Part shown: positions 30,725-40,639 of the stretch, piece by piece
How positions within the stretch are numbered: position 1 is the stretch's first letter
Layout: each line of letters starts with the position of its first letter
Origin: Nitrospirota bacterium
Lineage (GTDB): Bacteria; Nitrospirota; Thermodesulfovibrionia; Thermodesulfovibrionales; Dissulfurispiraceae
Reading direction: 5' to 3'
DNA length: 64,000 nt
Assembly (NCBI GenBank): GCA_963710375.1
Contig: CAVPZX010000008.1
Location: 256,001 to 320,000 of the forward strand
Notes under the pieces: model-generated
Told to the model about the DNA's origin: nothing
What the model saw: only the letters and a program-made list of their open reading frames with translations
Database searches by the model: none
Program-made: the position numbers and the translations under genes

Positions 30725-33700
30725 ATGAAACCACTAATGCCTCCGGGAGCAAGGCTTTTCGGACGTCATCCTGATCTTCTGCATTTATTGAATAGGGTCA
30801 CTGGAAGTGGGCTGACCGTTGTCTCCGGACGCCCAAGGATCGGTAAGACCTGGCTGATCAGGACTCTCTGCGACAATCTCGCCTCCACAAAAAACTGTCT
30901 CATAGGATATTGTGCAACCACTAGCGAGTCTGATGTTATGGGCCAATCCCTCTCAAATCTCTATTTCCGCTGGCTGGAGGATGCCACCTACCGGGAGCAG
31001 GCCCGAAGCCTGTACGAGAGGCACAAGGGAAAACTGACCGAAAAGGTAGGAACTTTCATTGGCGGGCTTTTCTCAAAGGCAGTACCTATTGTAGGAGATG
31101 CCGTAGAAAAGGGGATGCTGGCGCTCAAAAGCCTATCCGAAGACATGCGGATTGGAGGTATGCAGTTTGCCACTGTTCCCTATGAGACTGTGCATGACCT
31201 TGTCACCTCCCTGAGCACGATCATGGAAGGTCGCCCCATTCTCCTTGTCCTGGACGCCTGGGAGCAGGGACAAAACCCTAAAAGTGATTTCGGGACACTA
31301 AGAAAGTTCCTGAGCAACCTCTGGGACTGGCCGGATAATTTTCACGTGATCGTCATCATCCGCGATGAACCTAAATATACGCCATATCGTGAATTGGCTG
31401 GGGAGCTGTGCATGTCCCCTGCCGCTGAACTATTCGATCTGACTCCGATGCACCTCGATAACGATCCGGAAGAGGCTGACAGGGTTGTGAGATATATCCG
31501 TGAGCTAGCTCCTGGTGCGCAAAATATTGACGCCCGGGGGCTTCTGGAGATGGTGAACGAGAACCCGGCTGTTCTTGAGAACTGGGTAAATGCTGCGCCA
31601 CAGACAGAGGCGGCGCTAAGAAATACCGCCGCCAATGCCCATAGCAATTCATATCCTGAACTGGAGGCGATACTGTTTGGATTGTTCAAGGAGAACAAGG
31701 ACTATTTTACCGTTGCCGTCCGTCTGGCGGTTCTTTATGAGTTTACTGCTGAATCTGGATGGGAGCCATTAGCTCCTATTGTTCTAAGCAATGCGCCTCA
31801 ATATGGGCTTACTGAGCTGGAGAGCCAGGGCCTGTTGAAGGGACAGTCTCCACCGTCTTTTGGCCACACCACCCGGTATGAGGCAGCGCGGCGTTGTCTT
31901 TTTAATAATCAAAGCCTGAGGCCCTATGCCAGGGATATTACATTTGACCTGATACGCATGATTTCCGGGCAGATAAGGCAGGTCATTGAAGACAATAGAG
32001 CCTTTGCATCGGCCTTGACAGTAATTCTTTCTCCGGCGGAAAAACTAGGGCTTACTGATTTTCAGTATTACCCCTGTGTCACGGCCCGCACATTGTTTGG
32101 ATTGACCTTGAGCGAATCACACAAAAAACTCATACGAGAAAAAGCCATACTGACTGCCCAAAAAGTGCCGGAAACACGCACCCTTGTTGCCGTGGGGCTG
32201 TTCAACACTCTCAATGAAGCCAAAGAGGAGAATGATCTTCCGCGCAGGGACGCACTGCTTGATGAGCTCGACAGACTGCACACTGCCTATCCTGATGACA
32301 GCACTGTTAGAGAAAATCTCGCCAAGGGGCTTTACAACACCCTCTTTGACGCCAAGGCGGAGAATGACTTTCCTCGCAGGAACACACTGCTTGATGAACT
32401 GAGACTACTGCAAGCTGCGTATCCTGATGACGCCGCTGTAAGGGAAAATCTCGCCACGGGGCTATACAAAACCCTCATTGACGCCAAGGCGGAGGATGAC
32501 CTTCCGCACAGGGACGCACTGCTTGATGAGCTGAGACAGCTGCACACTGCCTATCCTGACGACGCCGCTGTAAGGGAAAATCTCGCCACGGGGCTATACA
32601 AAACCCTCATTGACGCCAAGGCAGAGGATGACCTTCCTCGCAGGAACGCACTGCTTGACGAGCTGAGAGCTGCACACCGCCTATCCTGATGACACCGCTG
32701 TCAGTAAATACCTCGCCAAGGGGTTGTACAACACCCTCTTTGACGCCAAGGCGGAGAACGACTTTCCTCGCAGGAACACACTGCTTGATGAAATGAGACT
32801 ACTGCACACTGCCTCTGATGATGCCGCTGTCAGGGAAAATCTCGCCAGGGAGCTATACAACGCCCTCATTGACGCCAAGGCAGAGGATGACCTTCCTCGC
32901 AGGAACGCACTGCTTGACGAGCTGAGACGGCTGCACACCGCCTATCGTGATGACACCACTGTTAGAGAAAGACTCGCTAAGGGGCTTTACAACACCCTCA
33001 ATGACGCCAAGGCAGAGGATGACCTTCCTCGCAGGAACACTCTACTTGATGAGCTAAGACGGCTGCACTCAGCCTATCCTGATGACGCTGCTATCAGGGA
33101 AAATCTCGCCAGGGGGCTGTACAACACCCACATTGACGCCAAGGCGGAGGACGACCTTCCTCACAGGAATATACTGCTTGACGAACTGAGACGGCTGCAC
33201 ACCGCCTATACTGATGACAGCACTGTTAGAGAAAATCTCGCCAAGGGGCTTTACAACACCCTCAACGATGCCAAGGCAGAGGATGACCTTCCTCGCAGGA
33301 ACACACTGCTTGACGAGCTGAGGCGGCTGCACTCCGCCTATCCTGATGACGCCGCTGTCAAGGAATGCCTCGCCATGGGACTGTACAACACCCTCAATTA
33401 CGCCAAGGCACAGGACGGCCTTCCTCGCAGGAACGCACTGCTCGATGTGCTGAGGCAGACTGCACACCGCCTATCCTGATGACGCCGCTGTCAAGGAATG
33501 CCTCGCCATGGGACTGTACAACACCCTCAATTACGCCAAGACGGAGAACGACCTTCCTTGCAGGAATGCACTGCTTGATGAACTGAGACAGACTGCACAC
33601 CGCCTATACTGATGACGCCGCTGTCAGAGAAAGACTCGCCAGGGGGCTGTACAACACCCTCAATTACGCCAAGGCGGAGGATGACCTTCCTCGCAGGAAC

Positions 33701-34091
33701 GCACTGCTTTATGAGCTGAGGCAGCTGCACACCGCCTATACTGATGACGCCGCTGTCAAGGAATGCCTCGCCAGGGGGCTGTACAACACCCTCGTTGACA
33801 CCAAGGCGGAGGATGACCTTTTTCGCAGGAACGCACTGCTTGATGAGCTGAGACAGCTGCACACCGCTTATCCTGATGACGCCGCTGTCAAGGAATACCT
33901 CGCCAGGGGGCTGTACAACATCCTCGTTGACGCCAAGGCGGAGGATGACTTTCCTCGCAGGAACGCACTGCTTTATGAGCCGAGACGACTGCATGCCGCC
34001 TATCCTGATGACGACGCTGTCAGGGAATACCTCGCCAAGGCTGGTTAACACCCTCTTTGTCCTCGGACAGAAGACAACGGCAAGTGGATGA
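30725..34091 (+). CDS. STAND/NLR-like P-loop ATPase with C-terminal 44-aa helical (TPR-like) repeat array; reading frame broken by indels inside the array
   Basis: LFGRHPDL, Walker A GRPRIGKT, Walker B LLVLDAWE, helical middle region, then repeats that continue through ORFs 30725-32689 and 32724-33479 and beyond; true 3' end uncertain (34048 or 34091). Confidence 0.8.
32186..34060 (+). repeat. Coding tandem repeat: 14 full 132-bp units plus a partial 15th
   Basis: Unit starts at 32186, 32318, 32450, 32582, 32712, 32841, 32973, 33105, 33237, 33369, 33502, 33635, 33767, 33899 and 34031; approximate consensus LAxGLYNTLxDAKAEDDLPRRNALLDELRxLHTAYPDDAAVREx. Confidence 0.97.
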
Positions 34092-34190
34092 AAAAAAATA
34101 TCAGGAGATTAAAAGGTTACAGGATGCCTCGGGGATATTCTTTCATTTCCTTAGTGCGGCACTTCCTGCTATCAGCCGGGCGCTTGCTCT

Positions 34191-34568
34191 TTATTTCATC
34201 TTTAGTATTGCCCCGATCTTCTGACACAGGACCTCAGGTGTGAACGGCTTTACGATATAACCCGTTACTTTTTCACTGATGCACTCCTCCACGCTCCCTT
34301 TTGCCGTTGTCCCCGTCACCATGATAAACGGAAGTGTTGCAAGCGAAGGCGTGCTGCGCACCCATTTCAGAAGGTCAAGGCCGCTCAGTTCAGGCATTTC
34401 CCAATCGCAGAGCACAATATCAAAATGCTCGTTCTCGAGCTTCCTTTGTGCCTCCTTCCCGGTAGCGGCTTCGCGCACGATAATGCCAGGAAAGGCCTCG
34501 ATAAGGCTGTCCTTGATAATGTCCCGCATCAGCACAGAGTCATCAGCAATAAGCAGCTTTGTCGTCAT
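34191..34568 (-). CDS. Single-domain CheY-like response regulator
   Basis: LIADDS, LCDWEMPELSG, MVTG and YIVKPF. Confidence 0.93.
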   Translation of the reverse strand: MTTKLLIADDSVLMRDIIKDSLIEAFPGIIVREAATGKEAQRKLENEHFDIVLCDWEMPELSGLDLLKWVRSTPSLATLPFIMVTGTTAKGSVEECISEKVTGYIVKPFTPEVLCQKIGAILKMK

Positions 34569-34762
34569 GTCCGTCTCTCCTCCTTCACGCTCTGGCGGTT
34601 GACCTATTGAATACTAAACACCCTCTAAGGAAATATTAGCATACTGATGTTGTTTTTACAGAAAAAATGCTGCTCTGCTAACTGTATAGCACGCGGGAAC
34701 TAACGCTCGATCTAATATTGGAGGAAAAATGGATGAAACAGTGGTGCATTTACGGGTGCTTG

Positions 34763-36301
34763 TCATCTCTTCTTCTGCCCCATCACTAACAGCGGTGCAT
34801 GGTTAGAGGTAAAAAAGGGCGGCTCCCGTCTTATAATCGGTGCAATTGCCGGATGCCGTTTAAAAGTACCATCCAGGAACTGTTTTACCCGCTTCCTGGA
34901 CCATCCCTTCGGATGCCTGTAATCTGTATAAAGGGACAGGTCTCCTTCATAAAATGTGCTTGTGCCGAATAACGCGGCATCGGGACTGCTTATCGGCATA
35001 TTAAATAGAGCGATATTCAGGAAGCCGATATCCCTGCTGTGAGCAACTGTAAAATCCAATGTCTTTCGCGCCTCATCTTCAGACTCATACGGAGTACCGA
35101 ATAGCAAATAGATGTAAGTCGCAATCCCGGATTCCGCAAGCGTTTTCAGCACGCGGGATACTGTTCCCAAATTAATGCCCTTCTGCATGTGGTCGAGCAC
35201 TCCCTGATCCCCTGACTCAATCCCGAGCTTGAGCATGACACAGCCTGAGCGTCTCAGAGACTCGCAAAAAGAGCGGTCAGCCAATTCCTCTCCAATTCTG
35301 GCAAAGCCGTACCACGGCATATCAGGCGGATTCTCGGATAATGATTTCATGAGAGACAGGCTTACAGCATTATCAAGCAAATGGAGGAGCACCGGCTTCG
35401 TCTCCACATCCCGTCCAGTCATGTCCGCAATCTGACTTAGGGCCTGTTCGGCAGGTATAGGCCTGTATAAGTTTCCTTCAGAGCTCTCAGGGCAGAATGA
35501 GCACCTGCACCAGTAACAACCTTCCGAAGCGCTGTAAGGAAGGACCAAGCCAGGAGCAATGTAATCATTTCCGCTCACGAAACTGTAATCGGGCTTATAG
35601 TGCTCTTGCGGAACATCCACCCCGAACAAAGAAAGCAAAGGTCGTTCGCCAGGTCCGGCAATGATGTGATCTACTAATCCTGCAAAGGGATTCCGCCGAT
35701 TCCAGCCCGGACTCTTCATCCAGGAGGTCACCAGACCTCCTCCAAGGCAGACGGTTATCCCCGGATATTCCTTTTTCAAAAAACCGATCATTGCAAAGGT
35801 ACACAGGGCCTGGCTCAAAAAGGTGAGTGAAAATCCAACGGTATCATCCCGGGCAGATTCCAGTGCTGTGCCGAGGCGGCCCTTAAAATAAGGGTAGAAT
35901 GGATTTTCTTCCGGACTCTCCGCAGCCCTGAGGAGATCGCTGCTTTTTACCGGAGAGAGTCCATAATGCCGGTAATTTGAAAGACTCAGTGTTACTTCTT
36001 TCTTGTCCAGGGATGATTCCAGAATACGGTTAATATCTGAGACTGCCCTCCGATAGCGTTCGGGATGGCTATAGATGTCCAGCGCCCTGAGAGAAGCAAG
36101 ATGGTCCGAACGGTTCCTTAATGCACGGTGAGTCCATGTATCAATCGATGTCTCAGGCCGGTGCAATAGATGCAGGATTCCCTCCAGGTTGGCATCCAGG
36201 ACACTGCTTTGTATACCGTGTCCATTAAGGGCGCCCAAAAGTCTTGCTACGCCTGCAGGCGGTTCACAGGGTTTTGCAACCGGAGGATATATAAGAATCA
36301 T
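34763..36301 (-). CDS. B12-binding-type radical SAM protein
   Basis: LIYPP...[20 protein letters not shown] and LGIESG. Confidence 0.88.
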   Translation of the reverse strand: MILIYPPVAKPCEPPAGVARLLGALNGHGIQSSVLDANLEGILHLLHRPETSIDTWTHRALRNRSDHLASLRALDIYSHPERYRRAVSDINRILESSLDKKEVTLSLSNYRHYGLSPVKSSDLLRAAESPEENPFYPYFKGRLGTALESARDDTVGFSLTFLSQALCTFAMIGFLKKEYPGITVCLGGGLVTSWMKSPGWNRRNPFAGLVDHIIAGPGERPLLSLFGVDVPQEHYKPDYSFVSGNDYIAPGLVLPYSASEGCYWCRCSFCPESSEGNLYRPIPAEQALSQIADMTGRDVETKPVLLHLLDNAVSLSLMKSLSENPPDMPWYGFARIGEELADRSFCESLRRSGCVMLKLGIESGDQGVLDHMQKGINLGTVSRVLKTLAESGIATYIYLLFGTPYESEDEARKTLDFTVAHSRDIGFLNIALFNMPISSPDAALFGTSTFYEGDLSLYTDYRHPKGWSRKRVKQFLDGTFKRHPAIAPIIRREPPFFTSNHAPLLVMGQKKR

Positions 36302-36612
36302 TTGATGAAAGAACAGCAGTAATCAGTCAGAGACGTTACCCTGAGTTTGAATTTTGCGTTAGATGCAGCCTCAAACGACTCTCCCCCTTTGATCGTCTTC
36401 CATGTTTCTTCTCCGGGCAGCAACACCGCAAGTTCACCAGAAAATATTTCCATCGACTCTTTATCCGCGGTTCCGAATTCATATTCGCCAGGCAGCATTA
36501 TGCCTAGCGTTTTCTTTGATCCGTCACCAAAAACCACTGTCCTGCTCGTGACCTTGCCGTCAAAATAGACATTCGCCTTTTTTACTACGGTTACGTTTTT
36601 GAATTCCGACAT
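36298..36612 (-). CDS. ppnP: Pyrimidine/purine nucleoside phosphorylase
   Basis: [27 protein letters not shown] and DYCCSF. Confidence 0.93.
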   Translation of the reverse strand: MSEFKNVTVVKKANVYFDGKVTSRTVVFGDGSKKTLGIMLPGEYEFGTADKESMEIFSGELAVLLPGEETWKTIKGGESFEAASNAKFKLRVTSLTDYCCSFIK

Positions 36613-36784
36613 ATCAATTCTCCTTCGTGCTTTTCAGTTCATGAATGAAGCGCTTATTAATCTTAATTTATGACCCGGCATGTCATTACACTCTATCAGA
36701 CGCGCATAGGAGCATTCAAGGGGGCCTTTCGGGCGCCGCTTTTTTGTGTTACAATTATACGGACAACTGAAAGGACATGCCAGA

Positions 36785-38578
36785 ATGAAACAGATACAAT
36801 GGAATCTCAGACAACTCTTCGAGGGCGACAATGACCCTGAGATCGAAAAAGAAAGACAGCGCACAGAAGAGAAAAGCTACCGCTTTATAAACAAATGGAA
36901 AGACCGCACCGATTATCTTGAAGACCCGGCTGTTCTCAAACAGGCACTCGATGAATATGAAGTGTGGTCAGGAGATTGCGGGACCGATGGAAATGAGGGG
37001 TACTATTTCTGGCTGAGGACACAGCAGGACCAGAATGACCCTGTGCTCAAAGCCAGGTTCAATCGGGTCGAAAACTTCAGCAGGACCATCCAGAACGACA
37101 TACAATTTTTCCAGCTCCGCATAGCCAAAATCCCTTCCGGACAACAGAAAAAATTTCTCGACTACAACCGGTTAAGTGAGTATAAGCACTTTCTTGAGCG
37201 CATATTCGCCGAATCAAAGTACCTGCTGAGCGAGCCCGAGGAAAAGATTATGAACATGAAGTCATCGACCTCGTACTCAAACTGGATAAAAATGACTTCC
37301 GGTTTCCTTGCAAAAGAGCAAAGGACCGTCCTGCTTGAGGATAGCTCAAAAGGCAGCAAAAACATTTCAGAACTGTCAAGCCTTCTGGACAGCAAGATCA
37401 AAAAAGTGAGGGACTCTGCGGCAAAAGCTCTAAACGGCATTTTTGACAAATACATCGAGGTAGCGGAGGCGGAACTCAATTCTGTCCTCGCTAACAAAAA
37501 AACGGATGATGAACTGCGCGGCATTCTGCGTCCCGATCTTTCGCGGCATATCAGCGACGACATCGGAAGCGAAATTGTAGACGCCCTCATCGACGCTGTA
37601 TCGGGCAGGTTTGCTATAGCGCACCGTTTTTACGAACTCAAGGCAAAGCTGCTGGGGCTTAAGAAACTGAAGTACCACGAGAGAAATATCGAGTACGGGG
37701 ATATCGTAAAAAAGTATCCTTATAAAACCTCACTTATGCTGGTCGAGAAGGTTTTTAAGGGCCTGGACCCGGAATTTTCCGAAATCCTGTCCATGTTTAT
37801 AGAGAACGGCCGTTTCGACGTGTATCCTAGAAAGGGCAAGGGAAGTGGCGCCTTTTGCGCCCACCACCTTATTTCGCAGCCTACATATATTCTGGTCAAC
37901 CATACAGATAAGCTGAATGATGTCCTTACACTGGCCCATGAACTCGGGCACGGAATCAATAACGAGCTGATCAGAAAAAATCAAAATGCCCTGAATTTTG
38001 GCACTTCCACCGCAACTGCCGAAGTTGCAAGCACATTCATGGAGGATTTTGTACTACAGGAAGTGCTAAGAAAAGCCGATAACGAACTTAAGCTCGCCAT
38101 GATGGTAAAAAAACTCAACGATGATGTCTCGACAATATTCCGTCAGGTTGCCTGCTACTGTTTTGAGCAGGAACTCCATCGTGATTTCAGGAGCAAAGGC
38201 TATCTTTCAAAGGAAGATATAGGGGGTCTTTTCGTAAAGCACATGGCTGCCTACATGGGGTCTTTCGTAGAACAGTCCAAGGGATCGGAGAACTGGTGGA
38301 TATACTGGAGTCATATCAGGTATTTCTTTTATGTGTACTCCTATGCAAGCGGCCTGCTCATCTCCAAGTCACTTCAGCACTCAGTAAAGGAAAATCCCGC
38401 CTTCATCAGCCGTGTGAAGGGATTCCTCGCAGCCGGCCTCTCTGATTCACCGCAGAATATATTTAAACGGCTCGGCGTAGATATAACCGACAGCGGCTTC
38501 TGGAATAAGGGTCTTGATGAGGTGGAAGGATTGCTGGAAGAAACAACCGCTCTTGCGCGAAGACTGGGCAAAATATAG
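36785..38578 (+). CDS. M3-family oligoendopeptidase F
   Basis: WNLRQLF, GKGSGAF, TLAHELGHG (HExxH), AEVASTFME and FYVYSYA. Confidence 0.92.
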   Translation: MKQIQWNLRQLFEGDNDPEIEKERQRTEEKSYRFINKWKDRTDYLEDPAVLKQALDEYEVWSGDCGTDGNEGYYFWLRTQQDQNDPVLKARFNRVENFSRTIQNDIQFFQLRIAKIPSGQQKKFLDYNRLSEYKHFLERIFAESKYLLSEPEEKIMNMKSSTSYSNWIKMTSGFLAKEQRTVLLEDSSKGSKNISELSSLLDSKIKKVRDSAAKALNGIFDKYIEVAEAELNSVLANKKTDDELRGILRPDLSRHISDDIGSEIVDALIDAVSGRFAIAHRFYELKAKLLGLKKLKYHERNIEYGDIVKKYPYKTSLMLVEKVFKGLDPEFSEILSMFIENGRFDVYPRKGKGSGAFCAHHLISQPTYILVNHTDKLNDVLTLAHELGHGINNELIRKNQNALNFGTSTATAEVASTFMEDFVLQEVLRKADNELKLAMMVKKLNDDVSTIFRQVACYCFEQELHRDFRSKGYLSKEDIGGLFVKHMAAYMGSFVEQSKGSENWWIYWSHIRYFFYVYSYASGLLISKSLQHSVKENPAFISRVKGFLAAGLSDSPQNIFKRLGVDITDSGFWNKGLDEVEGLLEETTALARRLGKI

Positions 38579-38654
38579 CCTTGTGGGAAATAAGGTTTTG
38601 ATGTCGCACAGCCATCATCTTTAAAGAAGTCGAAACTGAGGAAAGGAAACGGAA

Positions 38655-40043
38655 ATGGAAGCTTCCCGGATCTTAAAAGACGGAAATATGGCCAGTGTGC
38701 TGGTAGTCGACGATGAGGCGATAATCAGAAAGGACTTTTGCAGCTTCCTGAGTGCAAACGGATTTGACACTCATGAGGCGTCGGCCGGCAAATCAGCCAT
38801 AGAAAAGTTCAGCAAGGTAAATCCCATGTTGGTGCTGCTCGACCTCAACATGCCTGATATGGGCGGGATAGAAGTCCTGCAGGAGCTGAAGAAAAGAGAT
38901 CCGGACGTTCCTGTGATAATAGTAACGGCATACGGCGATATCCCGTCTGCGGTCAATGCAATAAAGCAAGGGGCCTATGATTTCCTGTCAAAACCGGTAG
39001 ATTTCGAAAAGCTTTTGATGATAGTCAACAGGGCGACTGAGAAAGCCATGCTTGCAAAGAGGGTGGACGAACTGAATAACGCCCTGCACTCATCCCTCGA
39101 ATCCATTTTCGGCCGAAGCATTACCATTAAAGCTATAATCGACAGTTTGTGCCAGATTGCCGCAACGGACTTCTCGGTAGTCATTCTTGGAGAGACAGGT
39201 ACAGGAAAAACTTTTCTTGCCAATACGATTCACCACTTAAGCAAAAGAGCTCAGATGCCGTATGTAAAGGTGTCGATTGGAAGCATCCCTGATACGCTCA
39301 TCGAAAGTGAACTTTTCGGCCATGAAAAGGGGGCCTTTACAGGAGCGGAAAAAATGAAGAACGGCTACTTCGAAGCTGCCAACACTGGAACGCTTTTTAT
39401 AGATGACATAGATAACATCCCATCCCACGTCCAGGGAAAACTGCTTAGCTCAATTGAAGACAGAAAAATATTCCGTTTAGGCAGCACCGTCCCAATAGAC
39501 CTTGATTTCAGGGTTATATGTGCAACCAATGTGGATTTATTGCAGGCTGTAAAGGAGGGAAAATTCAGGCAGGACCTTTACTATCGTCTAAGTGAGTTAG
39601 TTATACATATTCCGCCCCTGAGGGAAAGGAAAGACGACATAGCATTTTTTGCCCAAAAGTTCATCGGGGATACGTGTTTGGAATTGAACAGACCTGAATA
39701 TAAAATTCTCGAAAGCGCTATGAAAACTCTGCTGGATTATTCCTGGCCCGGCAATTTAAGGCAACTTAAGAACGTGATAAGAAGGTCAGTGCTGCTGACT
39801 GCCGATGGTATGATAAAACCCGAAGATGTCAGTTTTTTAATGGAAAATAGAAATGAACCTGTAAAGGAATGGGGGGGCATTGACACTAAGGAAGGCCCTG
39901 TCCTCAGTGTCAAAGAGGCTGAGAAGATCGCCATTAAAAGAGCTCTTCTCCATACAGGAGGGCAGAAGCTCAAAGCGGCTTCCATTCTGCAAATAACCTA
40001 TAAGACACTCGTAAAAAAAATGCAGGAATACAATATACTGTAA
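38655..40043 (+). CDS. Sigma-54-dependent response regulator (REC-AAA+-Fis HTH)
   Basis: LLDLNMP, GETGTGKT, ELFGHEKGAFTGA, WPGNLRQL and C-terminal HTH. Confidence 0.95.
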   Translation: MEASRILKDGNMASVLVVDDEAIIRKDFCSFLSANGFDTHEASAGKSAIEKFSKVNPMLVLLDLNMPDMGGIEVLQELKKRDPDVPVIIVTAYGDIPSAVNAIKQGAYDFLSKPVDFEKLLMIVNRATEKAMLAKRVDELNNALHSSLESIFGRSITIKAIIDSLCQIAATDFSVVILGETGTGKTFLANTIHHLSKRAQMPYVKVSIGSIPDTLIESELFGHEKGAFTGAEKMKNGYFEAANTGTLFIDDIDNIPSHVQGKLLSSIEDRKIFRLGSTVPIDLDFRVICATNVDLLQAVKEGKFRQDLYYRLSELVIHIPPLRERKDDIAFFAQKFIGDTCLELNRPEYKILESAMKTLLDYSWPGNLRQLKNVIRRSVLLTADGMIKPEDVSFLMENRNEPVKEWGGIDTKEGPVLSVKEAEKIAIKRALLHTGGQKLKAASILQITYKTLVKKMQEYNIL

Positions 40044-40132
40044 TGAGTACGTATATTCCCATATACAATGGTAATATCTCCAACTTACAGGATTAATATA
40101 ATAAATAACCTTAAAAATCATTTGGTATTTTC

Positions 40133-40148
40133 AGGTATAAATATTGCA
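40133..40148 (+). promoter_or_regulatory. Putative sigma-54 promoter
   Basis: AGGTATAAATATTGCA (GG-N10-GC), just downstream of a sigma-54 activator gene and 16 nt before the ATG at 40165. Confidence 0.55.
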
Positions 40149-40164
40149 GAAGCATATTTTAACT

Positions 40165-40533
40165 ATGCCTGCGAGCGTTCAAAAAAGCATTCTTGTTGTA
40201 GACAGCGACCCTTATTATGGCAGCTTGATGATTTCAGCTCTCAGGTCGGTAGGCTTTTGCGCCCTGGCCTGCAACGAGAAGGAAGCTCTTATTACTATAA
40301 AAAAATCACTTTTCGATTTGGTGATTCTGGATATGGGCATGTTCTCTATTTCTGCTAGACAGTTATTAATGACAATACGGCGAAAAGAGACAGCCATACC
40401 TGTTTTTACGGTGGCCGACCCTGCAGACAAGATGTTTGTAATCGATTTGCTTAGAAACGGACACAAAGACTTTTTAGAAAACTATATGGCTGTAGAGCAG
40501 GAAGAACGAAAGCAGCTGGACATATTTAATTGA
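40165..40533 (+). CDS. Atypical single receiver-domain protein
   Basis: ILVVDSD and FDLVILDMGM present; the conserved Lys-Pro after beta-5 is missing (GHKDFLEN). Confidence 0.75.
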   Translation: MPASVQKSILVVDSDPYYGSLMISALRSVGFCALACNEKEALITIKKSLFDLVILDMGMFSISARQLLMTIRRKETAIPVFTVADPADKMFVIDLLRNGHKDFLENYMAVEQEERKQLDIFN

Positions 40534-40639
40534 GTCGACCAATAGCCGGTATGACGGTCGAATTCAATAATAATATTGTCCGGAAGATTACGGGCTCGCA
40601 AACCCTACCGGACAACACGGCGTGAATTAAAAAGAGATA

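Noticed and set aside
32186..34060. CRISPR array interpretation of the 132-bp periodicity
   Set aside because: The whole unit is repeated with no unique spacers, the unit length is a multiple of 3 and encodes a coherent helical repeat, and no cas genes are present.
32186..34060. Diversity-generating retroelement: variable codons look like AAY/AAG changed at adenines (AAT/TTT/ATT/GTT; AAG/ACG/AGG/ATG)
   Set aside because: There is no reverse transcriptase or separate template repeat in the window, most adenines in the unit are invariant, and non-A changes (GAC/TAC) also occur. Selection plus recombination explains the pattern better.
36613..36784. Riboswitch upstream of ppnP (CGCCCGAAAGGC hairpin on the minus strand)
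   Set aside because: Only one short hairpin is present, and the conserved elements of purine or c-di-GMP riboswitches are not recognisable.
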